Assembly (NCBI GenBank): GCA_051439505.1
Contig: JBFRWI010000213.1
Coordinates: 1-35,792, forward strand
Direction: 5' to 3'
DNA: 35,792 bases
DNA from: Hormoscilla sp.
GTDB taxonomy: Bacteria; Cyanobacteriota; Cyanobacteriia; Cyanobacteriales; Desertifilaceae
In this document: piece after piece, positions 1-8,389 of the stretch
How positions within the stretch are numbered: the first letter of the stretch is position 1
Layout: the number at the start of each line of letters is the position of its first letter
The notes under the pieces: model-generated
Seen by the model: only the letters and a program-made list of their open reading frames with translations
Told to the model about the DNA's origin: nothing
Databases searched by the model: none
Position numbers and translations under genes: made by a program

Positions 1-17
1 CGGGGCACGGCATGACC

Positions 18-50
18 AATTCAAAATTCAAAATTCAAAATTCAAAATTT
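18..50. repeat. Heptamer tandem repeat (AATTCAA)n inside a REP-like element
   Basis: About four copies of aattcaa lie between the inverted arms ggggcac (2-8) and gtgcccc (77-83). This is typical of cyanobacterial STRR repeats. Confidence 0.75.
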
Positions 51-134
51 GGGAAATATTTGACCGCGAGGGTTGAGTGCCCCTACATGTATGCGATCAG
101 TGGTTTTTGGTGATAGGTGCGATCGCCATTATTT

Positions 135-340
135 AAAAATGCGCAGGAGAGCGCAGCCACTGCGCTCTCCTTGTGGAGTCGAAGTGAGCGATTTAGAGAT
201 TTACCTGACCCGGAGTTACGCAAAAAACGCCTCTGAACCGTTGCTTAACCCTTTTTTAGGCGCTTTTTGCGCAGTCCGGGCCGGGCATCCCTGGTTTCGC
301 TTGGGCTTGATTTTCCAAGCCCCCATGAACCTTCATTGAT
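135..340 (-). ncRNA. Candidate orphan structured ncRNA (~200 nt), family unknown
   Basis: Lies between a near-consensus promoter (347-375) and a terminator-like hairpin. Contains stem-loops at 325-336 and 303-322 and a long imperfect hairpin at 204-285. No credible ORF. Confidence 0.45.
145..171 (-). terminator. Putative intrinsic terminator hairpin
   Basis: Perfect 12-bp stem aggagagcgcag/ctgcgctctcct with a 3-nt loop, followed on the minus strand by gcgcattttt. Confidence 0.55.
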
Positions 341-346
341 AAATCT

Positions 347-375
347 ACTATAGCTAACTTTGTGGAGTTTGTCAA
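347..375 (-). promoter_or_regulatory. Sigma70-type promoter TTGACA-17-TATAGT
   Basis: The minus strand reads TTGACA (375-370), 17 nt, TATAGT (352-347), with an A/T tract upstream. Confidence 0.7.
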
Positions 376-904
376 GGGGTAAGGGAAAAAAATTTTTCCC
401 TCTCATGGGATATGTGAATTCTGGTACTACGGGTGCGATCGGGTGTTGGCTCAGAATCTGGTGTAACAGACGCTCTGTTGAGCTTTTTGTCGTGCTGGTG
501 TAGAGGGTGGTCTTGTTGAAGTAAGAGGTAGCAAGTTACAATAAGATAAGATATCCAACTGGAGATCGGGCTTTGAGAGGCTTTGAGAGGGCTAATCGAA
601 CGGCGATCGCCGGTAGATCGGCGTTAAGAGCAAAGAAAATAATGCGATCGGGAGGAAATTTGAATTGCTTATGACCTACCAAGTATACTAGCATTGGGAG
701 CGCAGATGTCAGCGTTGATACCATGCAGGGGTGGCCCGATCGCACGCGGGGAAGTGCGGGAGAAGTCGGGTGGGCACCGCCCACCAATTCTGCTACAATA
801 TAAAAAGATGTCTGTAAAGAATGCCGCCAGACAGGAAAGACGAGGGAATGCAATAGCAATTAACAAATAATCATTGGCAAATTGGCAATTAGCGAGAAAA
901 GATT

Positions 905-2578
905 ATGGAATTCAACTACGCCTACAAAGGAAACACGGCAGTAAGCGATCGGGGTTCGGGCACCCAGCTATCATTTTCCCCAGACACCAAGCGTCCCCCC
1001 ACCTATTTCATCGGCGAACTGCATCAGAACGTGGCCTTTCGGGAAGCGATCAGCGCCTTACATGACGTAGTAGTGTCAGATTTGCGGTTCAAACCCAAAG
1101 ACAAAACGGCTTACAAAGAATGGCGGGCCAAGCAGGACGAAATCGAAATCGACTGGCAAATGATAGCAGTTGAGCGTCAAGCAGTTGCCGAAAAAATCAA
1201 GCAATTGCAAGCAGAATACTCCCAGCTAAATCAGAATAGCTATGAACGCCGGAAGCCTTACTATCAAGCGAGGCAGGAATTTTACAACTATCTTTATAAG
1301 AAAGACTACGATGCCTGGTTTGTCCTCGATCCAGTGATTACAGTGCATCCCGATGAAATATTTTTCGAGTGTTTCAGTCAGGATGAATCAAGTTATGGGC
1401 GTCTGGGTGCCAGCTATGAAGTGTTCAAAAACATCAATGAGTTTGCCTGCGGAACGACAAACATTGATTACTCAGCCGCCCTGTACGATGAATTTCAGAA
1501 AATCCGCACTTACAAGAGTACCCAATTTCAGGTAGATCCATCTGGTTTTGAAGTACAAACTACTAACGAAGAAACCTTCAAAGAGGTAAAAATTGATTTG
1601 CCAGACAGTTGGGTAAGAGGCTTTTTGCAAGTCAGTTCCGCCATGTCTTTACCAGCGACAAAATTTGACTTGCATCCTATGGATATCCACAACCTGTGCT
1701 TTGTGCTGCGTCGCCACAAGGAGAAAACCGGACCCCGGGGAATGCGATATATTCTGAAACCAGGGGAACCGGTGCGCGTGGTATTTCAACCCTGGGATAT
1801 GGAAGTAGTCTGCCCCCGATCGCCCTATAATGGCCCATCAGAACAAGAAATTAGAGTATGGGGGCGGCGTCGGTTGCACATCTTAGAAAGACTAATCCCG
1901 ATCGCCCGCAAATTCACAGTACATTTATTGGGAACCGGAATGCCATCCTTCTACGTAGCGGACTTGGGGGACATGTCCTTCACCCTAGGTTTATCGGGAT
2001 GGACGGCCAACGACTGGTCCAGCGCTGGTAATTTTGATTTAATGGCACCCCGGGCCGACGTAGACAGCTACACCCAGCAGCGAGTGTTTGAGGAACTGAG
2101 GCACAACTGGTTAGAAAAGCCAGACAGTCTGGCACAACGGCTGAATTTAAGTCGTACCGCCGTTCTGGGAGCTTTAAGTGCTTATACTCAGGCAGGTCGG
2201 GCAATATATGACTTGAACAAGCAAGTTTACCGAGTTCGGGAACTCAGTCGGGAACCCTTGCCCATGGAACGGTTGCGCTTTGCCAACGAACGGGAAGAAA
2301 AGGCAACTGGCTTTCTCAGTGACAATGCCGTAGAGGTGACATCGGCCACCAGCGATTGCGCTGCGCGCACGCTACGCGAACGGGCGGGGGTACTGGTGCT
2401 GGAAGGGAATGTCCGAGACAAAGGAAAAATTTTGAATCCGTCCTTGACGATCGACCCAGATGAACGTATCATAGAAGCAGGATGTACCTGCAACTGGCAC
2501 CAGCAAAACAAGCTGTACAAAGGCCCTTGCGAACATATCCTGGCACTGCGCATGCAGCACGCTCGCCAGTGTCGCTAA
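905..2578 (+). CDS. SWIM zinc-finger family protein, retron-associated
   Basis: 557-aa ORF with a C-terminal CTC...CEH SWIM motif (CxC-x(n)-CxH) and an N-terminal coiled coil. It sits directly upstream of the ncRNA units and the RT. Confidence 0.85.
   Translation: MEFNYAYKGNTAVSDRGSGTQLSFSPDTKRPPTYFIGELHQNVAFREAISALHDVVVSDLRFKPKDKTAYKEWRAKQDEIEIDWQMIAVERQAVAEKIKQLQAEYSQLNQNSYERRKPYYQARQEFYNYLYKKDYDAWFVLDPVITVHPDEIFFECFSQDESSYGRLGASYEVFKNINEFACGTTNIDYSAALYDEFQKIRTYKSTQFQVDPSGFEVQTTNEETFKEVKIDLPDSWVRGFLQVSSAMSLPATKFDLHPMDIHNLCFVLRRHKEKTGPRGMRYILKPGEPVRVVFQPWDMEVVCPRSPYNGPSEQEIRVWGRRRLHILERLIPIARKFTVHLLGTGMPSFYVADLGDMSFTLGLSGWTANDWSSAGNFDLMAPRADVDSYTQQRVFEELRHNWLEKPDSLAQRLNLSRTAVLGALSAYTQAGRAIYDLNKQVYRVRELSREPLPMERLRFANEREEKATGFLSDNAVEVTSATSDCAARTLRERAGVLVLEGNVRDKGKILNPSLTIDPDERIIEAGCTCNWHQQNKLYKGPCEHILALRMQHARQCR
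2357..2380. repeat. 24-nt SDR-like small dispersed repeat inserted in frame in the SWIM gene
   Basis: tgcgctgcgcgcacgctacgcgaa encodes CAARTLRE. Removing it restores the HIP1-like GCGATCGG. Confidence 0.55.
2444..2472 (+). promoter_or_regulatory. Intragenic sigma70-type promoter TTGACG-17-TATCAT upstream of ncRNA copy 1
   Basis: TTGACG at 2444-2449, a 17-nt spacer, TATCAT at 2467-2472. The same segment is duplicated in front of ncRNA copy 2. Confidence 0.55.
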
Positions 2579-2822
2579 ATCACTCATAGCAGTTCAGTTG
2601 GCGAACTTAACCTTGCAAACCGGGCGGTGCGATCGCCGTCCTTGTGCTCAGTCCAAACGCGCATCACTAGCCTGCTCTTGACGGTGCGGGCTTTCAGGTA
2701 CTGATCGTATTCCAGTGTGAATTCCCAGAATTGAATGATCGATCAGTACCTGAGCCCGCTGGAGTTGAGCAGTCTAGTCCTAGGAAGTTTACGAAGGAGA
2801 AACCAACTGACTGCTGTGATTT
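2577..2822 (+). ncRNA. Retron msr-msd-like ncRNA, copy 1
   Basis: Terminal inverted repeats 2577-2601 and 2803-2822 (a1/a2-like), an unpaired G at 2603, a short stem-loop at 2622-2641, a long hairpin at 2667-2777 and a T-run after the closing stem. Upstream of a retron-type RT. Confidence 0.8.
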
Positions 2823-2868
2823 TTTTCTTGGGACTGTGGGAGACAAAGGAAAAATTTGGCATCAATCC

Positions 2869-2897
2869 TTGACGATCGACCCAGATGATCGTATAAT
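2869..2897 (+). promoter_or_regulatory. Sigma70-type promoter TTGACG-17-TATAAT for ncRNA copy 2
   Basis: TTGACG at 2869-2874, 17 nt, TATAAT at 2892-2897. The predicted start at ~2903 coincides with the 5' arm of the RNA. Confidence 0.75.
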
Positions 2898-2901
2898 CAG
2901 T

Positions 2902-3150
2902 AAATCACTCTTAGCAGTTGGTGTTGGTGAACTTAACCTTGCAAACCGGGCGGTGCGATCGCCGTCCTTGTGTTCAGTCCAAACAAGCATCACTAGCCTG
3001 CTCTTGACGGTGCGGGCTTTCAGGTACAGTCGCTATTCCAGTTTGAATTCCCAGAATTGAATGAGCGACTGTACCTGAGCCCGCTGGAGTTGAGCAGTCT
3101 AGTCCTAGGAAGTTTACGAAGGGGAAACCAACGGCTGCTGGGGGTGATTT
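2902..3150 (+). ncRNA. Retron msr-msd-like ncRNA, copy 2
   Basis: Diverged repeat of 2577-2822 at a 325-bp offset. Terminal arms 2902-2928 and 3127-3150 pair (with G-U), G2929 is unpaired, the long hairpin spans 2993-3102, and a T-run follows. Confidence 0.8.
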
Positions 3151-3201
3151 TTTTCTTTGGACAGCGGTATTTCCAGGCGACAATTAACCGATAATAAGCA
3201 T

Positions 3202-3230
3202 GTAGGTTGGGTTGAGGCACGAAACCCAAC
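3202..3230. repeat. REP-like palindromic repeat
   Basis: gtaggttgggttgaggcacgaaacccaac has a gttgggtt/aacccaac stem preceded by GTAG. Confidence 0.5.
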
Positions 3231-3283
3231 AGCTAGAGCGTATATTAACAATTAATAATTAGCAATTAACAAAGCGCAAAAAA

Positions 3284-4693
3284 ATGTCCGACCAACCGCG
3301 CACCCGCCAGGAACTATACGATCGCATCCGCCAAACAGGCAAAGAGCAATTTATCCTAGAGGAGATGATCCGCTATGGGTTTTGGCCCGCAGAAGGAGAA
3401 CTCCCCGAAGACCCCGCCGATGAAATCCGTCGGATGAGCGAAATCAGACGAGAACTACAATCTTTAAAGCAGGAAAATAGACGACTCCAGAATGAAAAAG
3501 CCCTCCGCAAGCAGTTACTTCAGGAACGACTGGTAGAGTCCAGGCGCAAGCGTCAAGAAACAAAAGAACGGCTAGAACGGGAACGCCAAGAACGGGCCCA
3601 AGCATGGCAAGAGAAAAAACAGCAGGATATCCTCTATCTGGGAGAAGAAGTATCTGGGGGACTGAACGAACGAGAAGGCGATCGCCCGAGATTAGCAAGC
3701 TATGGATTACCATTATGTAACACGGCAGGCGAGATCGCAGCCGCAATGGGAATAACTATCGGTCAGTTGCGCTTTCTGGCATTTAACCGCAAGACCTCAA
3801 CCACAAATCACTATATTCGCTTCAAGATTCCCAAAAAGACCGGAGGAGAAAGGCAAATATCCGCCCCCATGCCCCGACTGAAGGCAGCCCAAAATTGGAT
3901 TTTTGTGAATATCTTAGAAAAGCTAGAACTGCACGAAGCCGCCCACGGCTTTCGTAAAAATCATTCGATCGTCACAAATGCCCAGCCTCATGTCGGGGCG
4001 GACGTAATTATCAACTTAGACCTAAAAGACTTTTTTCCCTCGATCGCCTATAAAAGAGTAAAAGGGCTTTTCCGGTCCTTCGGCTATTCAGAAGCAGCAG
4101 CGACAATTTTCGGCTTACTCTGTACGGAACCCGAAGTAGAAGAAGTCGAAATAGACGGAAAAACCTACTACGTCGCCCTCACAGAAAGGCATCTCCCCCA
4201 AGGATCCCCAGCAAGTCCCGCCATTACTAACATATTATGTCGCCGCCTAGACAAACGACTGACTCAGATGGCGGCAGAATTAGGTTTTACCTACACCCGC
4301 TACGCCGACGACCTGACATTTTCTGCATCGGGCGATCGCCTGCAAGGGATCTGCAACATTCTCAGGCGGACAGAAGCGATCGTCACCCACGAAGGGTTTA
4401 CCATCAATCAAGAGAAGACCCGGATAATGCGCGGTAAATCTAGCCAACTAGAAGTCACGGGCATTGTCGTCAACGATCGCCCCACCATCGCCAGAAAGAC
4501 CCTCAGGAAATTCCGGGCCACCTTATTTCACATCGAGAAAGACGGTCCGGAAGGCAAGCATTGGGGAAAAGGGGGAAATGCGATCGCGGCAATTCAGGGT
4601 TTTGCGAACTTTGTGTCCATGGTAAATCCCGAAAAGGGAGCCCAGTTCCAAGAACAGGTACAGCGAATCAAGCAGAAATATGGAAAATTGTGA
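3284..4693 (+). CDS. Retron-type reverse transcriptase with charged N-terminal extension
   Basis: 469 aa with RT motifs LKDFFPSI, LPQGSPASP and YTRYADD, plus the retron signatures NAQPH (NAxxH, region X) and VTG (region Y). Confidence 0.92.
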   Translation: MSDQPRTRQELYDRIRQTGKEQFILEEMIRYGFWPAEGELPEDPADEIRRMSEIRRELQSLKQENRRLQNEKALRKQLLQERLVESRRKRQETKERLERERQERAQAWQEKKQQDILYLGEEVSGGLNEREGDRPRLASYGLPLCNTAGEIAAAMGITIGQLRFLAFNRKTSTTNHYIRFKIPKKTGGERQISAPMPRLKAAQNWIFVNILEKLELHEAAHGFRKNHSIVTNAQPHVGADVIINLDLKDFFPSIAYKRVKGLFRSFGYSEAAATIFGLLCTEPEVEEVEIDGKTYYVALTERHLPQGSPASPAITNILCRRLDKRLTQMAAELGFTYTRYADDLTFSASGDRLQGICNILRRTEAIVTHEGFTINQEKTRIMRGKSSQLEVTGIVVNDRPTIARKTLRKFRATLFHIEKDGPEGKHWGKGGNAIAAIQGFANFVSMVNPEKGAQFQEQVQRIKQKYGKL

Positions 4694-4835
4694 ATGGAAA
4701 ATTGTGAATGGAAAATGGAAAATTGTGAATGGAAAATGGAAAATTGTGAATGGAAAATTCAGGGACGGATAAATTATTAGATAGTCAATTCTCAATTCTC
4801 AATTCTCAATTCTCAATTCTCAATTCTCAATTCTC
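4680..4835. repeat. Two heptamer tandem-repeat tracts (STRR)
   Basis: Mixed atggaaa/attgtga units at ~4680-4760 and (aattctc)x7 at 4787-4835. Confidence 0.85.
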
Positions 4836-5038
4836 AAAACTCTTCCCAATGGTGCAGCAAGAATTTCACTTGCAGATTCACTATCCAAAGGCTGAGAGAA
4901 AAAGTATCCCTGACCTGACTCACATCCCAAAGCCCTGAGTTGTGCTAGCTGATAGGCTGTTTCCACCCCCTCAGCAACCACATCCATACCCAGATTATCA
5001 GCCAGAGTGACGATCGCCTGAACAATGTCATAAGTCAT
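4820..5038 (-). pseudogene. C-terminal fragment of an EAL (c-di-GMP phosphodiesterase) domain
   Basis: IVQAIVTLADNLGMDVVAEGVET...GCESGQGYFFSQPL matches the end of an EAL domain. The rest of the domain is absent. Confidence 0.8.
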
Positions 5039-5299
5039 AAGTCAAATCAGCGTTCCGATCGCCTCTGGGGTCCGATAACCGGTTGTCAATAAGTCCGAGT
5101 CCCCAGGGTTCCAAGGCTGACTCGACCTTCACCTGCTCCCCCAGAGTATCCTGGATGCACCGCCAAACTGGATCGAATAGCATTGTCTGCCGATAAAATC
5201 GTGCAAGATCTCAGATCCGAGTAATAATAGGTAAATTAGCAGGTATCGAGACCCTGCAACCGTAAATGGCCATTTTATGACGTTTTTGACAGTCGTCCT

Positions 5300-6451
5300 A
5301 TGACATCAGCAGTTATTCCAGAACCTACCCAGACCATGTCAGCCCCGAAACACGGCTTGCCAGTTACAATCATTACGGGTTTTCTCGGTAGCGGCAAGAC
5401 AACACTACTGAACCACATCTTGAGCAATCAGCAGGGAGTGAAGACAGCGGTGCTGGTGAACGAGTTTGGCGAAATCGGTATCGACAATGAGCTGATCGTT
5501 TCCACAGATGATGACATGGTGGAGCTGAATAATGGCTGTATTTGCTGCACCATCAACAATGACTTAATAGAGGCAGTCTACAAAGTGCTGGAACGCCAAG
5601 AGGCGATAGACTACCTGGTAGTGGAGACAACGGGATTGGCAGACCCCTTGCCAGTAGCACTCACCTTCCTGGGAACAGAACTGCGAGACATGACCCGTTT
5701 GGATTCGATCGTCACGATGGTAGACTCGGAGAATTTCAGCCTAGATTTGTTCGACAGCGAAGCGGCCTACAGTCAAATTGCCTACAGTGATATTATCTTG
5801 CTCAACAAGACAGACTTGGTGGAGGCAGCGGAGGTAGAGAGGTTAGAAGTTAGGATTCGGGAGATCAAGAACGACGCGAGAATTCTGCGCACCCAGCAGT
5901 CGAAAGTACAACTACCGTTAATCCTCAGTGTCGGTCTGTTTGAATCAGATAAGTATTTTAACTCTGAATCAGAGCACAGTCACGACCACGACCACGGTCA
6001 CGACCATCATGACCACGACCATGGCCACGGTCACGACCATCATGACCATCATGACCATCATGACCATCATGGCCACGACCATCACGGTCATGACCATCAT
6101 GACCATCATGACCATCATGGCCACGACCATCACTCCCACCACCTAGAGAATGATGGGTTTACCTCAGTCTCATTTCAGAGCGATCGCCCCCTATCGATTA
6201 AGAAATTTCAGAATTTCTTAGACTACGAACTGCCGTCTAACGTCTTCCGAGCGAAAGGAATTCTCTGGTTTGAGGAAAGTCCCAACCGTCACATTTTCCA
6301 CCTCAGCGGCAAACGCTTTTCCCTGGATGATGAAGAATGGAAGGGTCAGCCCAAAAACCAGCTAGTATTAATTGGTCAAGATTTAGAGCACGAAAAGTTG
6401 CTCTCACAACTGGAAAAATGTATCTGTCTGCCTTCCACCGATCGCGGGTAA
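5300..6451 (+). CDS. CobW/COG0523 family metallochaperone GTPase
   Basis: GFLGSGKTT, GCICC and ETTG motifs, a long His/Asp-rich tract, and a CobW C-terminal FRAKG motif. Confidence 0.93.
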   Translation: MTSAVIPEPTQTMSAPKHGLPVTIITGFLGSGKTTLLNHILSNQQGVKTAVLVNEFGEIGIDNELIVSTDDDMVELNNGCICCTINNDLIEAVYKVLERQEAIDYLVVETTGLADPLPVALTFLGTELRDMTRLDSIVTMVDSENFSLDLFDSEAAYSQIAYSDIILLNKTDLVEAAEVERLEVRIREIKNDARILRTQQSKVQLPLILSVGLFESDKYFNSESEHSHDHDHGHDHHDHDHGHGHDHHDHHDHHDHHGHDHHGHDHHDHHDHHGHDHHSHHLENDGFTSVSFQSDRPLSIKKFQNFLDYELPSNVFRAKGILWFEESPNRHIFHLSGKRFSLDDEEWKGQPKNQLVLIGQDLEHEKLLSQLEKCICLPSTDRG

Positions 6452-6548
6452 AGGTTTTGGTAAAACCTAGGGCGTCTCGCCTGCCCGGGTCCAAACCTAG
6501 GGCGGGCGGATCCCCTGCCTGGAAGGAAACGTACCATCTCTAATACCT

Positions 6549-7010
6549 ATGCGAGTAGTGCTTCAGCGAGTCAAATCTTCCCAAGTAGAAGTCGATGGTA
6601 AAATCATCGGCCAAATTGGGCGCGGGTTAAACCTGCTAGTAGGAATTGCTAGTACGGATACAGAAGCAGAACTAGACTGGATGGCGCGAAAATGTCTGGA
6701 GTTAAGGATATTTCCGGACTCAGAAAGACCCGATAGTCGTTGGCATAAATCAGTCCAAGAAATAGAAGGCGAACTGCTGGTAATTAGTCAGTTCACCCTC
6801 TACGGAGACTGTCGGAAAGGACGGCGTCCTTCCTTTGATAAATCAGCAGCCCCAGGATCGGCAAAAATACTTTATGAACAATTTGTCGCTCAATTGCGGC
6901 AGAGTGGATTAAAAGTGGAAACGGGAGAATTTGGTGCGATGATGCAAGTGTCGATCGAAAACGACGGTCCCGTAACCCTATTATTAGAACGGGAAGCAAC
7001 TAGCAATTAA
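6549..7010 (+). CDS. dtd: D-aminoacyl-tRNA deacylase
   Basis: MRVVLQRV N-terminus with SQFTL and NDGPVT motifs. Confidence 0.95.
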   Translation: MRVVLQRVKSSQVEVDGKIIGQIGRGLNLLVGIASTDTEAELDWMARKCLELRIFPDSERPDSRWHKSVQEIEGELLVISQFTLYGDCRKGRRPSFDKSAAPGSAKILYEQFVAQLRQSGLKVETGEFGAMMQVSIENDGPVTLLLEREATSN

Positions 7011-7014
7011 TAAT

Positions 7015-7602
7015 TCACGTTTGAGATTTGTTTAAATCCTGGATATGCTGCCACCAATTATTCAGAGGAAAATAAACAACTGGAGCCCAAAGACTACTGA
7101 GGATCGCAGAACAAAGAGCAATGCGTTGGTATTCCGTCCAAATAGCAGCGAGATCCCGAGTTCCCAGGAACAGGAACTGTAGGGCGATCGCAGTTTCCGC
7201 CAGCAGGGCCATGCCAAAAACGATCAGAGCCACAGAAATAAAATCTTCTCTCAGATAGCGCTGTTTTTGCAGGCGAGCAGTAAAAATTCCTACGAAGAGA
7301 AGACTGAGGGAATGAGAGGGATGTACAGAAGTAAACCCATTATGAATCAAAGGGTTGGGTGCAGTCAAGCCATCTTGAATCAAACCCAAAGTAATAGCCG
7401 CGATCGCCCCCTGCCAAGCTTTACGCTTCATACTCCAGGCCACCACCCAAATCAGCAGCCAATTGGGGCCAATGCCCAATAATTCCATCCCAGGCAGGCG
7501 AGATAGGGATAGCATTAAACAGACAATCACAGAGCCAACCGTTACCAACAAGTTAGCAAAGGGAAGGACTTGGGGATGGAAAAGAAACGACAACTTTATC
7601 AT
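7015..7602 (-). CDS. mreD: Rod shape-determining protein MreD
   Basis: Hydrophobic multi-TM protein with GLIQD, directly downstream of mreC. Confidence 0.85.
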   Translation of the reverse strand: MIKLSFLFHPQVLPFANLLVTVGSVIVCLMLSLSRLPGMELLGIGPNWLLIWVVAWSMKRKAWQGAIAAITLGLIQDGLTAPNPLIHNGFTSVHPSHSLSLLFVGIFTARLQKQRYLREDFISVALIVFGMALLAETAIALQFLFLGTRDLAAIWTEYQRIALCSAILSSLWAPVVYFPLNNWWQHIQDLNKSQT

Positions 7603-8378
7603 TGGTCTGGATCTCCAATATCTAGGTCAAGTCGCGGCTGATTTTCCAAGACGATCGCCCATTGTAGATGACTAATAGGTGCCGAAAGCTGAATCTTCGC
7701 TTCCGGTGCTGGACTTTTTTCCAGGTCCACCGACTCCACAACTCCCACCAGCAGACCCGGTGGAAATAGCTGAGAAACAACAGAAGTATAAACCTTATAA
7801 CCAGGACGAACATCAGGCACCTTATCAAAGAATTCCATCACAGCTTTATCGTCGCCAAGTCCCTTGATAAAACCCATATAGCGGCGACTTCCGACCTTGA
7901 TATTGACACCTACCCTGCTAGTAGGATCGCTGATCAACAGGACACGGCTCGTATTGGGCGTCACATCGACTACCCGACCCACCAGTCCGCCAATACCCGT
8001 GACCACGAAGCCCTTTTTGATGCCATCATTACTCCCTCGACCCAGGATAATCTGTTTCCACCAATGGTCTGCACTGCGTCCGACGATCGGAGCTACAATC
8101 TGCCGCTTGCTGGTAGTCTTTTGATAGTCCAACAACTCTCTTAACTCTTGATTTTGGCTCTCTAGTTCTTCCAACCGCGCTTGCGACTGCAGATTTTTGG
8201 CCTTTATCAACCTTTCTTCCAGAGATGGCTGTATGGGTAAAGGACCAGCGACCAACTGGTACATTTCCAAAATTAATCTCCCCTGAGTTTGGCGCAGATA
8301 GAAAGCCGCACCCAGGGCCATACTTATCAGGACAATAATTAACCAATTCCGGTCCCACCAGCGACTCACTGTATACAT
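7599..8378 (-). CDS. mreC: Rod shape-determining protein MreC
   Basis: N-terminal TM, coiled coil, GLVGRV and SRVLLISD motifs; located between mreB and mreD. Confidence 0.92.
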   Translation of the reverse strand: MYTVSRWWDRNWLIIVLISMALGAAFYLRQTQGRLILEMYQLVAGPLPIQPSLEERLIKAKNLQSQARLEELESQNQELRELLDYQKTTSKRQIVAPIVGRSADHWWKQIILGRGSNDGIKKGFVVTGIGGLVGRVVDVTPNTSRVLLISDPTSRVGVNIKVGSRRYMGFIKGLGDDKAVMEFFDKVPDVRPGYKVYTSVVSQLFPPGLLVGVVESVDLEKSPAPEAKIQLSAPISHLQWAIVLENQPRLDLDIGDPDQ

Positions 8379-8389
8379 TCAGCTTCTTT

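Noticed and set aside
73..866. Short ORFs 73-339, 536-859 and 669-866
   Set aside because: No recognisable motifs; they overlap palindromes and the candidate RNA.
2577..3150. CRISPR array or DGR template/variable repeat pair
   Set aside because: The units are ~250 nt with no spacers, and no cas genes are present. The differences are compensatory rather than adenine-specific, and neither copy lies in a target gene.
2731..3229. ORFs 2731-3060 (+), 2974-3183 (-) and 3020-3229 (-)
   Set aside because: They run through the structured ncRNA repeats. The brief SWIM-like peptide is explained by the duplicated promoter fragment.
3284..4693. Group II intron RT/maturase
   Set aside because: No recognisable maturase or HNH domain and no intron domain V downstream. 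The NAxxH and VTG motifs point to a retron.
4523..4938. ORFs 4523-4795 and 4750-4938
   Set aside because: They are translations of heptamer repeats (FTIFHFP, SQFSILN).
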